NCBI RefSeq assembly: GCF_009834535.1
Contig: NC_045697.1
Location: 11,658,001 to 11,722,000 of the forward strand
Source: Camelus ferus
Lineage: Eukaryota
DNA: 64,000 nt
Direction of reading: 5' to 3'
This document shows positions 52,550 to 64,000 of this stretch, piece by piece. The position numbers and the translations under genes were made by a program. How positions within the stretch are numbered: position 1 is the first letter of the stretch; every line of letters begins with the position of its first letter. The notes beneath the pieces are model-generated. The model had not been told where the DNA came from and did not search any database. It saw nothing but the letters and a program-made list of their open reading frames with translations.

Positions 52550-53636
52550 AAAACAAAATGACAACCTACGCAATGGGAGAAAATATTTGCAAAAGATGAG
52601 ACTGCCAAGGGCTTGATTTCCAGAATATATAAATAGCTCATACAACTTAATAAGAAAAAAACGAACAACCCGATCCAAAAAAAGGCAGAAGACCTAAACA
52701 GGCAGTTCTCCAATGAAGACATGCAAATGATCATAGGCTCGTGAAAAAATGCTCAATATTGCTAATCATCAGAGAAATGCAAGTCAAAACTACAATGAGG
52801 TATCACCTCACACCAGTCAGAAAGGCTATCATTCAAAAGTCCACAAATGACAAATGCTGGAGAGGCTGTGGAGGAAAGGGAACCCTCCTACACTATTGGT
52901 AGGAGTGCAGTCTGGTGCAGCCATTATGGAAACAGTATGGAGATTCCTCAAAAGACTAAAAACAGACTTACCATATGACCCAGCAATCCCAATCCTGGGC
53001 AAATATCCAGAGGGAACCTTAATTCAAAAAGACACCTGCACTCCAGTGTTCATAGCAGCACTATTTACAATAACCAAGACATAGAAACAACCTAAATGTC
53101 CATCAACAGATGGCTGGATAAAGAAATTTCAGGTATTTATACAATGGTATACTATTTAGCCTTAAAAATTAATAAAATAATGCCATTTGCAGCAACATGG
53201 ATAGCCCTGGAGAATGTCATTCTAAGTGAAGTAAGCCAGAAAGAGAAAGAAAAATACCATATGAGATCACTCATATGTGGAATCTTAAAAAAAAAACAGA
53301 AAAAACAAAGACGAACTTATTTACAAAACGGAAACAGACTCACAGACATAGAAAACAAACTTATGGTTACCAGCAGGGAAGTGGGTGGGAAGGGATAAAC
53401 TGGGAGGTCAAGATTTGCAGATACGGACAGGGATATATAAAATAGATAAATAAGTTTATACTTTACAGCACAGGGAACTATATTCGATATCTTGTAGCTT
53501 ATGGTGAAAAAGAATATGAAAAAGAATATATGTATATTCATGTATGAATGAAGCATTGTGCTGTACACCAGAAATTGACATGACATTATAAACTGACTAT
53601 ACTTCAATAAAGAAGTTAGAATAATTAATTATTTTT
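52550..53636 (+). mobile_element. 5'-truncated L1 (end of ORF2 plus 3' UTR)
   Basis: Translations VWRFLKRLKTDLPYDPAIPILGKYP and IMPFAATWIALENVILSEVSQ; exact 15-bp TSD aatatcaccttgttc at 52535-52549 and 53637-53651. Confidence 0.95.
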
Positions 53637-53709
53637 AATATCACCTTGTTCTAGAAATCTTCCATTGTCCTGATCCTTCACCATTACAAGTTCTCCTACT
53701 GCCACTGAA

Positions 53710-53742
53710 CATCACCATCACCATCACCATCACCATCATCAC
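53710..53742. repeat. (CACCAT)n microsatellite at the edge of an antisense MIR
   Basis: catcaccatcaccatcaccatcaccatcatcac. Confidence 0.85.
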
Positions 53743-56193
53743 ACCCTTGTAGACTGATTTTGTGCCAGGCACTATTCTAAGCATGCTACATAGATATGTC
53801 ACTTTATCCTTTCAACAAATCTATGAAGCCACTACTTATATCCCAACTTTATAGATAAACAAAGACTTAAGTGCTTCAGCTTGTTAGAATTTCTGAATCT
53901 ATGAGTACTTACATAAAATTTTGAACCAAACAAATATAAGTGTATGTAGGCAACTCTAACTCAAGGTACAACTTTAGCTATTTCAATAAATAAATTATTT
54001 TTCAAAAAAAAACATAAAACTGATGTCATTATCTAGAGTAAAGAACTCTAAGTTGCAATGGAAAGGAACGATGCAATTTAAGGTGAAGCTGTTTGGCTGG
54101 GAAAAAAATAGAAATGAAGGTGAACTTTGAGGATTCTAGATTAAAACTCAAGTACCAGAATCTGGTAAGCACTTTAATTGCCTTCACACATCAATTAGAA
54201 TTGGGGAAAATCCAACCTGTAGACAACATTTTAGTTTAAGTATCATGCCATTTCATCAGGTACTTAACATCCTGTAATAAAAATCAATGTTATTACTTTA
54301 TTTCATCCAGTTAGTCAAAAGGAAAATTGGAGTCCCTGCTCATAAGAAAACAAAACCAAAACAAACACCCCATTATAGTTGTTGAGCTTTTATATAAACA
54401 CGTTACATTTTTAAAGCATTTGACAAGTAATTAGTTGAACCTAGAATTGAATTTGTTTTTATTGTCAGAATGTGGAAGTAAACCTTCCACTGAATAAGTT
54501 ATTCAACTGTTAAACCTTGACCAAAAAAAAAAAAATATATTGTTAATTGTTTAAACGTCAACAAAATAAAAAAACTTTTTTTTCCTTTCCAATCAGCCAA
54601 CATGGGCTACATGATGTTCACTGATTCACTTAGTTTCTAACAAAGGTAAGACACTGAACACTCAGTGAAGAGGTTAGCCTCCTGAATCCTGAGGCTCTGT
54701 GTCGGGTGGTGTCAGAAGACCCGCTGGACACAATCGACCCCCCGCAGGACATCCTTTCCGAGCAGAAGATAGACGTTATATTTACTCTGAAACAAGTGCA
54801 GCTACACTATGTATCAAACAAAATTGCCTAGTTTTTTTCAGATAAAAAAACTGTCATCTACTTAAATGTCTCTCTTTTCCCTTTATATCTTGTATGCCTT
54901 TTGAATTTTGCATCATTTTAATGTGTTACCTCTTAGAAAAATAAACTTTGAAGCACATTTCCCAGGAACAAAAGAAGTGGGAGTCTCAGTGATCTTGAAA
55001 CAGAGAGAGAGAAAACCAAGAGAACAAAACAGAGGCTCACATTTCAGACTTTATCGTGACGTGTGGGCCCTCTGCTCCAGGCTGTTGGATGGAGAAGGAA
55101 CAGCAGAAATACAGCATCCTCTCTAAGTCTGCTGTGATCTGATGGCTTCTGCCAAAGAGCACTCTCCTCGCCTGCTTCTGGAACACCCCAGTGAATAATA
55201 GAACAAAAATTCAGCTAAGCTGAGGACTGCTCTGATCTCAGCAGAACCCAAAAGCAAACATCCCCTCCCCGGTGTTTGGAGGGTAGAATTTGTCAGGTTG
55301 TCCCCTCCTCCCCACCCCTGAGCCAGAGCTCTAGGGCACGTTTCTCTCTAACCCAGGCCCGGGAAGTGTAGCTATAGTTCCCACTTTCTCTGCACATTTC
55401 ATTTTCTCATTACTTTAAAGTTATTTTATTCTTCTATAGTCTACAACGAGAAAGGAAAGTAGCTGTCATTTTTTAAGAGCCTAAAAAGTACCAGCAGCTC
55501 CATACGCACAATCTCTCTTAAAACCCACCACAACCCTGACTTGAAGGAAGCATTTTAAGGTGAGAACCTTGAGGTCCAGAGAGGTTATGAAATTTCCCTA
55601 AAGTCACAGAGCTACAGTTGGCACAAGGGTTCGAAGCTACTCCATCTGACGTTTCCACTATACCATAACAGGTATTTTCTTTATTAAATCCTGACTGGCT
55701 TTCATATCTTCCAAGGCTAAGAAGTTCATGAGAGGATGAAAGTACTTTTTTTCTCAATTTTTTTCAAACCTTAGAAGAGAGAATTTGAGCTCTTTCAATT
55801 ATAATGATGACAAATAGAAAAGAGGAAGAAAATTCATTACACCAGTTAGTGGACACCAAAGTCAGTTCTCCATGCTCCAGGAGACAACATTCTGCCAAGC
55901 AATCCACATTTTAACTTGACAGTCTTGAGAGGAACAGAGTCTCGAGTGACTTTCACCAGACAGCACAATGGTTCCTCCCACACAGTATTTCATCTTTTTC
56001 TTTCTTATGCTTATGGGAGGGAGTTACTGTATTGAAAAGATGGAAGGTTTTGCTGACACACCGACCTGATAAATAGCAGTGAGAGCCCGAGTGAGACATT
56101 CATTCAATCAACACATGATTACTGGGCACCTACCAAGTACCAGGCTCTTTCCAGCAACTGGTACCAACCCACAGAAACTATGGGGTAATAAAT

Positions 56194-56716
56194 TGTTACT
56201 AAATGTGGTCTGGCTGCTCAACACTCAAAAATCAACATTCGAGAGATGCAACGTTACTAGAAAGGAAAGCTGCTTTTAATCAGAATGCCAGCAATCAGGG
56301 AAGATGGTGGACTCAGTGTCCCCCAAAGACCATCTTCAAAGAGTCTGTTCAGACATGAAAATTTTTAAAGGGAACATAGGGAAGTAATCTCAGTTGGTCA
56401 TTGAGATCGGGGGTCAGAGTCATTGCCAGCTCCTGCTGCGTGCAGGCTTGTCAATTCCTTGTGAACTTTCCTTAGTTGCTATCTTGTTCACAGTTTGTTC
56501 GTGAGATTACTGAAGGGGAGGCTAGGAAGAGATCTGGTCATCTGTTTATTACTTATTCTCCATTTCTACTTCTTTGATCTAAGAAAGAACCAACATGTTA
56601 GGCAAGGTATTGTGTGATCAAAAGAAAGGCATGGGAGGGTGTGACTGGTTTAAGATTAGTGGCAAGACAAAAGGTGCCTCCTGCAGAGAGCTCTTTCCTG
56701 CCAAAAGCTGCTTACA
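56194..56716 (-). mobile_element. ERV solo LTR nested in an MLT1 3' end
   Basis: tgttac...cttaca ends; 4-bp TSD aaat/aaac; ATTAAA(-) near 56275; flanks rejoin as an MLT1 end (cccacagaaactatggggtaataaat|gtgtgttg...ttaagtttgtggcaatttgttacacagcagtagaaaaccaataca). Confidence 0.8.
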
Positions 56717-58026
56717 AAACGTGTGTTGCCTTAAGTTTGTGGCAATTTGTTACACAGCAGTAGAAAACCAATACAAAGTACAAAAACAGGCTGCCGTGAG
56801 AAAGCCCAGAGAGAGAAGGCTTGAGACTAGGTGGTAAGAATAGACCCATCTGAGGAATCACATTTAAGCAGAGACCTGAGATGAGCAAGATCAGCCAGGA
56901 ATGTTGGGGGAGGAGAATTACAAATCCCTTCACTTTAAATGAGCCCCATTTTCCTCAGATGGAAAATGAGAATTTTCTCTAGGTACCCACCAACAACTGC
57001 CTACCTCGTACAGTCATTCTGAGGACTAAGTGAGACAGTGTGTGTGATGTGCTTTACATGGTTCAAACAACAAGCACAATCACAGTGATGGTTGGTGGAG
57101 ATGTTATTACCACCAGTATTTTATGAATAAAGTACTACTACTGAGTGGTACCCAGTGGTCAAAAAAATTAAGGATGGGCATTTCCTGTCCATAGATTCTA
57201 CTCTCTTTAATCCTCCTCTGGCTGGTCAGTGCCTTTCTCTGATCAGGCCTTCCTAGGACTTCTCACACAGGCAGGGAGAAGAGGCTGGGTGAGCCCTCTT
57301 CGAATCATTTTGCAGATATATTTGTTTCTCTGCCACAAGCTACCGTGGCATTACTGGTTGGCTTTCTTATCAGCAAATAGCAAATAATTCCACACTTAGT
57401 TCTGGCAGCCCTGCTTTCTGATTCATTTCACACCCATCTGTCTAATTAAAATGCACTTCCCACAGGCAGGGATTGTGACATAGCTCTCTTTATGTTCACA
57501 ACACCACGGAAGGTCCTAGAGTGGCTAACTCATCCTCTGCCCCAGCACCACACACATCAATGTCTGAAGGACCAGCTTCTAAACACCCTCCAGGACCCAG
57601 CTCAGAGTCACAGCCCCTGAGCAATCATCCCCCACTCCAGGAGGTAGAATTAATCATCTCTCTTCTCTGACCTTGAACCTGCTTCCATCATTGTACACAT
57701 CAGACTGTATCACGATTTATTCATTGAAGCTGTCTCCTCAACTAGCTATTTCTTGAGCTCTAACACCATTTTGAAAGCCTACTGTGTGCCAGAATCTGGG
57801 GATTCAGTAATGAATCCAACACAGCCCCTGCCCTGGAGGGGAGGCAGGATGTAAGCAAGGGGTCTGAACATACTATGGTAAATGCTTCGATCCACAGGTG
57901 CCCCAGGTGCTTTCCATCTGAGAGGACAGTAGCTGAGCCCTTAGAGAGCCCTGGAGAGTCTAAAAAGCCTACCTGGAGGAAGCAGTAGGGGAATTGAGCC
58001 TTGAAGGATGGGAAAGGGTTAGGCAG

Positions 58027-58380
58027 TGCTATGAGATGGACTGCATCTCCCTCAAATTCATATGTTGAAACCGTAACCCTCAATGTAATGGTGTTTGGAA
58101 AGGGAGACTCTGGGAGGAAGTTAAGATTAGATGAGGTCATGAGAGTAAAGCCTTCACCATGGGATTAGTGCCCTTTACAAGAAGATACACCAAAGAACTT
58201 GCTCTCTCTCTCACATAAAATGGGAAGGTGACTGCCTGCAAACCAGGAGAAGAGTCTTCAGAAATCAACCACACCGGCACCCTGATCTTGAACTTTCAAG
58301 AACTGTGAGAAACAAATCTCTGTAGTTTAAGCCATCCAGTCTGTGGTATTTTGTTGTGGCAGCCTGAGCATCCCGGGACA
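58027..58380 (+). mobile_element. MaLR LTR (MLT1A-like)
   Basis: aaattcatatgttgaaaccgtaaccctcaatgtaatggtgtttgga...gggattagtgccct...gtttaagccatccagtctgtggtattttgtt. Confidence 0.85.
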
Positions 58381-58559
58381 GATGGGCAAAGAGTGATGAA
58401 GACAGATTTACATTAGAGGCAGCCAAATAAGGAAAGTCATGGAAGCACCAATCAGCACCAGGTGTGGGGCGGGGGTGGCTATCAGAACTTCATGTGGCAA
58501 GTGTGCAAAATTGAGATAAACAAGAATGTGTTCCCCAGGTGATGATGGCAGTAAATGCC

Positions 58560-59030
58560 CAGGTGACAAGAACCCCCTTTCTCTGAGAAGCTATCTTCAT
58601 CCACAAGATTAAGCTCCCAGCAACCATGTTTCTATCACATGACCCTCCTGGGCAGAGTTTTTTTGACTGTGATGCCAAGTGACCCAAGCTGAGCCAGTCA
58701 GATCCTCTCTGGTAAATTCGGGGTTGGTATGAAAATCTGCCAATAAGACCGGGCTGTTCTCTTGAACAGGGATGAAAATGTAAAGGCTATGTGGTGGCCA
58801 TGCATGGAGAGAAGCGTAACAATCTGTTCTCAGAACAAGAAGAGTAAAGCAACATGCCTGGCAAAGCAGCAGCCAGAAAACAGAGGGATGTTTAGAGTCC
58901 TTTCCAGTTCTGGCCTCCAGTCACTTGAAATACCCCAGAAACCTTCTGATAAACTGTCTTTTTTCCTTATATGTTTAAGTTGGTTTGACTTAGTGTCTAT
59001 CACAGCTACCAAAAACGCTGATGTGTCTAC
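58560..59030 (+). mobile_element. Old MaLR LTR (MLT1K/L-like)
   Basis: gtgacccaagctgagccagtcagatc...atgtttaagttggtttgacttagtgtctatcac. Confidence 0.5.
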
Positions 59031-59059
59031 ATCTCTGTCCAAGGACCCCCTTCTTTTAT

Positions 59060-60170
59060 TCATCTTCTCTTTCTTCTTAGGTAATCATCACATAGCCCCT
59101 GGATAAAAATACCATTTATATTCTCTCAAGTGCCAAATTTGCCTCCTTCTCTCCCAGATCCAACTATCTACTTCACATCTTCACTTGAATTAGCTAAAAT
59201 ATCTCAAACATGTCACGTCCACAAGAATTCTCTAATCCCAACTTCTCTCCTAAACCTTTTCCCTCAAGCCTTTCCCTTCTCAGTAAATGACACCAGTATC
59301 TGCCATTCCTTAAGCCAAACCCTGGGAATTATTCTTGATTATTTTTTCTTTCTCTCATTTCCCTCATTCAGTCTTTTAAGAAGTCTTACCATCTCTATTT
59401 ACAATCTCTATCTTAAACCTATCCAGGTCTCTCCACCTTCACCACCCTAAGTCCAAGCCACCAAAATCTCATACTATTGTGACTCAGTCATCTCCTGACT
59501 TCTCTCCCTCTGCCATTTTTCCTGAGCCTCTACCTTTTCTCCACTCCAACCAGCAGATACACACATCATTATTCTCAGAGCTGCCAGAATAATCCTTTTA
59601 GAACATTAGTCCAGTCATGCCACTCAACCACTTAAAACCTCATAATAGCTTCCCATTGCATCTAAGAAAAAGTGTCATAGTCTGTAAGTCCTTATATGAT
59701 CTAGTCCCTGTCTGACTTTTCTCATATTACTCTCCTCCTTGCTTACCAAGCTTCAGAAACTGGTTTCTGTTGCTGTCTTTTTTTTTTTTTCTTTTAAACA
59801 TATCTAGGTATTTTTCACCTCAGGTCCTTTATGTCTATTGGTTCCACTGTATCCTCTGTCTCCTCCTTTTCATCATTCAAGGACCAGTTCAAATGGTACC
59901 TCTCCAGAGAGGATGTCTTGACCACAAGTATAAATTAGGACCGAGATTAACTATCTCACATATTGCTCTATTTCTTTCAAGCACTTATAGTAATCTGAAA
60001 AGATCTTGTTTATTTGTTGTTTAGCTGATTGTTACCTGAATTCTCCCACTAGTAAAGTAATCACCATGGAGATAGGTACCCTGTCTGTCTCATTCACTCG
60101 TAACCCAATACCAAGCCCAATGTCTGGCAAACAGTAAGCACTCAATGAATATCTGTTGAGTAAATAGATG
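59060..60170 (+). mobile_element. L2 LINE 3' portion
   Basis: aaaccctgggaattattcttgat (LGIILD motif)...ccaagccaccaaaatctc...atgtctggcaaacagtaagcactcaatgaatatctgttgagtaaat (L2 3' terminus). Confidence 0.8.
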
Positions 60171-62005
60171 AAGCCAAAAACAACACTGAAGAGTTTTAAA
60201 CAGGAGAGTAACATGAAACACCTTGCATGTGTCATCTATGCCCATAACGACAGTATGGGGATGGATTAAACGTGGGAAGAGTCCATGTTTTATTCATCTT
60301 TGTGACCCCAACGTCTAGCATTGGACAATCTGGTCTACTATTACATAATAATGAGATTACCAAGCAGCATCATCTTACCAAAAATCTCATTAAAAACATA
60401 CTTGTTTGGTTAAAAGATGGAGAGTTAGAGATATATAATACAAAGGTATTTTTCTTGTATGCATTTCATTAAAAAAGGCATAGTTTTAGTTGAACATGCA
60501 TTTTACTAAGGCAAAAATAATTAATTTTTCAAAATGAACAAGAACAAATTTAAACATCACTTGAACTCACCAAAATGTTTTTAATAAATTCTCATGAAAC
60601 CCTTTGAATTTTAGAGTTTGAGTTTGAAGAAGATTTTAAGATGATCAAGTTCAGCCATCTCAAAGAACAGATGTGGTAACTGAGTGTTCAAGAACAAAGC
60701 CCAAGCCATCACCCAAACATCTGTCCTTCCCTCCTGGACGCCATCCTTTCTACCACCTTGAGTTAAGAAGGTGACACTAAGGGCAGAGTTGGCAAGATGG
60801 TGCCCCAAGTCAACTCATGTCAAAGTGGACAAAAAGCCACTGGGCTGTTGGAAGCTGAAAATTCAGGCTCTGACTTCTATTATTTGTTTATTAGAAGAAG
60901 ATTTTTCCTAATCTCAATAAAAGTGGATATTTCCCCCAAAAGAAAAGGAAAGCCAAGTCTCGCTTTACATTGGCAAGCCCAGTTTGAGCTCTTTTATAGT
61001 CCACAACCAGATGTGCATTTAGAGGAACCATCTGTTCCATTCAGGATGCAAAATCAACCACATATAAGGCAACTCTCACCCCAACTTCTTCTCTGAATGG
61101 GAAAGGAAATAATGGAGTAAACCATAAAACAGAAGTTGAAGAGATAGATAGGTAATTAGGTAGATAACACAACAGAAATTGCAATAGATGGCAATAGATG
61201 TAGGTGTTTGATAAAAGCTGGCAGATGAAACAGGTGTTAAGACTGTGGTTCCATGTGTTTCAATTAGAAAATTCTCAATCACTGAGGCTTTGGGGAAAGT
61301 CTGGCAGTTTGGAAGTTTTTGCTCACAGTCATGTTCATTTCATAGACACCTACGTCTATATCATTATTTTTTGGCCTTTGACTTCACATTCTAGCTTTCT
61401 CTTCCTTCCTTCCTATTATTGCTTAAAAGTTTGTAGCCTTTATTTAAATAAAAATTCACTTTGTTTTTAGCTACATCCCTCCAGGAAAATAAACACCAGA
61501 AGAGTTACATTTGGCGAATCATGGAAAACTGCTCCTGAATATTTTCACCATACCAGTAGCCTGCTTAGAGCTTTAAAATAGATTCTCCTATTTCAATGTT
61601 GTTTTTAGGCTGATTGACTGGAGTGCAGCTGGAGTAACACATTATTCACCATGTGGAAAGTTCTTTTGATACGTGACAAACTATATCTAGCTATTAACCC
61701 AAATCCGAGAATGTGGTGCCAAGTGTAACTTTCTGCTTTAAAATCCTATTTCCCACAAATATGTGTTAGTGTTATCAACAGCTTTGAATCAGGAAGGATT
61801 ACAAGATTATGACTATTTTACTGCAGAATTACATGAACTTCATTCTACTGTTTTGAGTATGTGTAAGCAATCTTCCATGCATTTTTTTAATAATCAACAA
61901 TTACTGAGCACTCATTCTGTGCTGGAAGCTGAGCTAAATACTGAAAATACCAAAAGGATTCATAGTTACTTCCACAGCTCCCGTCTACAGAACCCAAGGG
62001 GTTAG

Positions 62006-62532
62006 TGTCACAGTTAGACCCTAAGGCAGTTCCCCCTATGATTTCCACCTCCTGATTTTCATAACCTTGCATAATCTCTTGCCCTTGAATGCAGGCAGGA
62101 TCTGTGACTTGCTTCTAATCAATTCAATATGGCAAAGGTGATGGGTCGTCACTCCCTGTGATTAGGTTACATCGTATAAGGCTCCTTGCTGGCTGGATGA
62201 AGTTCTCAGCCATGTGGAGGAAGCCCACACACCAAGGGACTACAGTTGACCGGGAGCTAAACGGCAGGGCCCTCGCTCATACAGTCATACAGCCCCAGGA
62301 AATGAATTCTGCCAACAGCCTCCGCGAACTCGGAAGTAGATTCTTGCCTAGTCAAGTACCTGGATGAAAACACAACCTGGCTGACACCTTGACTGTAGCC
62401 TTTTCAGACTCCAAGTAGAGGACCCAGCTAAGCTGCGCCTGAACTCCTGGCCCACAGAAACTGTGAAATAACAAATGTGTATTGGTTTCAGCTGCTCAAT
62501 TTGTGGTAATTTGTGGCAATAGAAAACTAACA
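62006..62532 (+). mobile_element. MaLR LTR, MLT1-like
   Basis: ccttgaatgcaggcaggatctgtgacttgcttctaatcaa...tatggcaaaggtgatggg...gaattctgccaacagcc...atttgtggtaatttgtggcaatagaaaactaa. Confidence 0.75.
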
Positions 62533-62534
62533 CC

Positions 62535-62850
62535 ACAAACTATAGCCTATGAGCCAAATCGGTCCTGCTGCCTATTTTTGTACACCCTGCAAGCTAAGGA
62601 TCATTTTTTACATTTTGAAGTCATTAAAATAAATCAAAAGAAGAATATTTGGTGACACATGAAAATTATATGTGAAATTCCAATTTCAGTGTCCCTAAGT
62701 AGTTTTATTGGAAGACAGCCACACACATTCCTTTGTGTCTTCTCTGGGGCTGCTCACACACTACAATGGCACAATTGCGTAGGTGTGACTGAGACCAGAT
62801 AAACCAAAGAGCCTAAAATATTTACTATCTGGCCTTTTCAGAAAAAAAAA
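62535..62850. mobile_element. MER58-like hAT MITE
   Basis: caaactatagcctatgagccaaatc...atttcagtgtccctaagtagttttattggaagacagccac...agcctaaaatatttactatctggccttttcagaaaaa. Confidence 0.75.
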
Positions 62851-64000
62851 AAAAAGTGGTGGCCCTTGATTTATTGGAAGGGACAGATATATAAACAGAT
62901 AAATTATAAGTTCAGAAGAGGCAGGGAAGCTGGATCCTACTGTTGAGTAAGAGAATTTTCCAGATGGAAAGAGAAGGAAGGATATCACAGAGGAGGGGTC
63001 AAAAGTGGAAAAATCATGGAGATATGAAAGGGTTCAGTGATCAGAAAGCGGTGAGAAACTCCCAAAAGCCTGGAGTCCTGCCCACCATTCTACAGCTCGG
63101 TGGATTTCTGAAGCCCCAGTTGAGTGCTGTTAGATCAGACACCAAGCTTTGGGGAAATTATTGCATATAATAAGATCTGCAGCTTAATCCATATCTCTAC
63201 ACTTTTATTGTGGTTTGCCCGGGGCTCTTGGCCAAATCATGTCACACATGCTTCTGCCGAAATGAGTCTGATGATACAACTGCATCCTCGCTTCCAAAAG
63301 CCGTAAAATCTGCAAATGATTACTTTCCAAATTGGAAAGCATTAATATTGCTCTGCCATTCTTGTTTAGGGTGTTGGGGGCGGGGGTCAGATACCTCTAC
63401 AGTCGAGTGCCTACAGATCATAGTCTGTTATTGGGTTAAAGATTCAGTTTCACCTCATTTTTTTCGAATGCTCTACTCCAACCTTCTCTGACACATCTGT
63501 TCATTTGTAACTGGCACTGAAGTTTGAAAAAAATGCACATGGTCAAAGCACCACCCAGGGAAGATCAGTTAGCTGGCTCTGAGAGACCTTACAGGGTAAA
63601 TTTGTCAGGGTCTGGCTGTCAGCTTCTAAGTCTAGAATCCCCTCATCAGTGTCATTTCTGTCTGATCAGTATCATCATTGTTGTATCTCTCAGATTTTAT
63701 CAAGGGCAGTAGCGTTGGGTGCCTCCAAACTAAGTGACCCCAAACCACTGCCCATTCTGTGACTGCACATTACGTGACTGCACATTACAGTTTTTCTCTC
63801 TCCTTTGTGTTCTTGGATGTGTGGGCACCTCTCCTTTCCATTGGTCTCCTTCCAGTAGATCCACATTGCCCATTTCTAAATTGCTAAGAGCCAGAGGGAT
63901 AATTCAGGCCTTAAAATTGTGTATAAAACAACAATCCACAAACAGTGAGGGTCTAGAGGGTTCATCAGTTACTTAAATTGCAGGAGTTTACTATCTTCAG

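Noticed and set aside
53710..53742. His-tag or vector contamination
   Set aside because: A natural (CACCAT)n repeat at a MIR edge, with no vector sequence or ORF context.

Overview
Mammalian nuclear DNA, intronic or intergenic. It is probably camelid (alpaca/camel lineage), judged from four tRNA-derived SINEs of the vic-1 type and the L1 3' UTR sequences. I can support no intact host protein-coding exon: the ORF track is dominated by chance ORFs, microsatellite read-throughs and LINE remnants. The window is a layered repeat landscape. Ancient elements are MIR, L2, MaLR LTRs and hAT/Tc2 MITEs. Younger elements are 5'-truncated L1s with clear target-site duplications (TSDs), SINEs and three probable ERV solo LTRs. 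The clearest unusual object is a U6 snRNA-L1 chimeric retrocopy (25792-26219): full-length U6 fused to an L1 3' UTR and poly(A), with one 14-bp TSD around the whole unit. Other points of interest are a young 177-bp tandem duplication, a candidate minus-strand promoter and first exon near 20.2-20.6 kb, a CRE/X-box composite site, several CTCF-like motifs, and a 193-codon stop-free frame in an L2 remnant. Repeat family names come from my recall of consensus motifs, not from a database search. Boundaries of old repeats are approximate. I found no evidence for a new multi-gene system.
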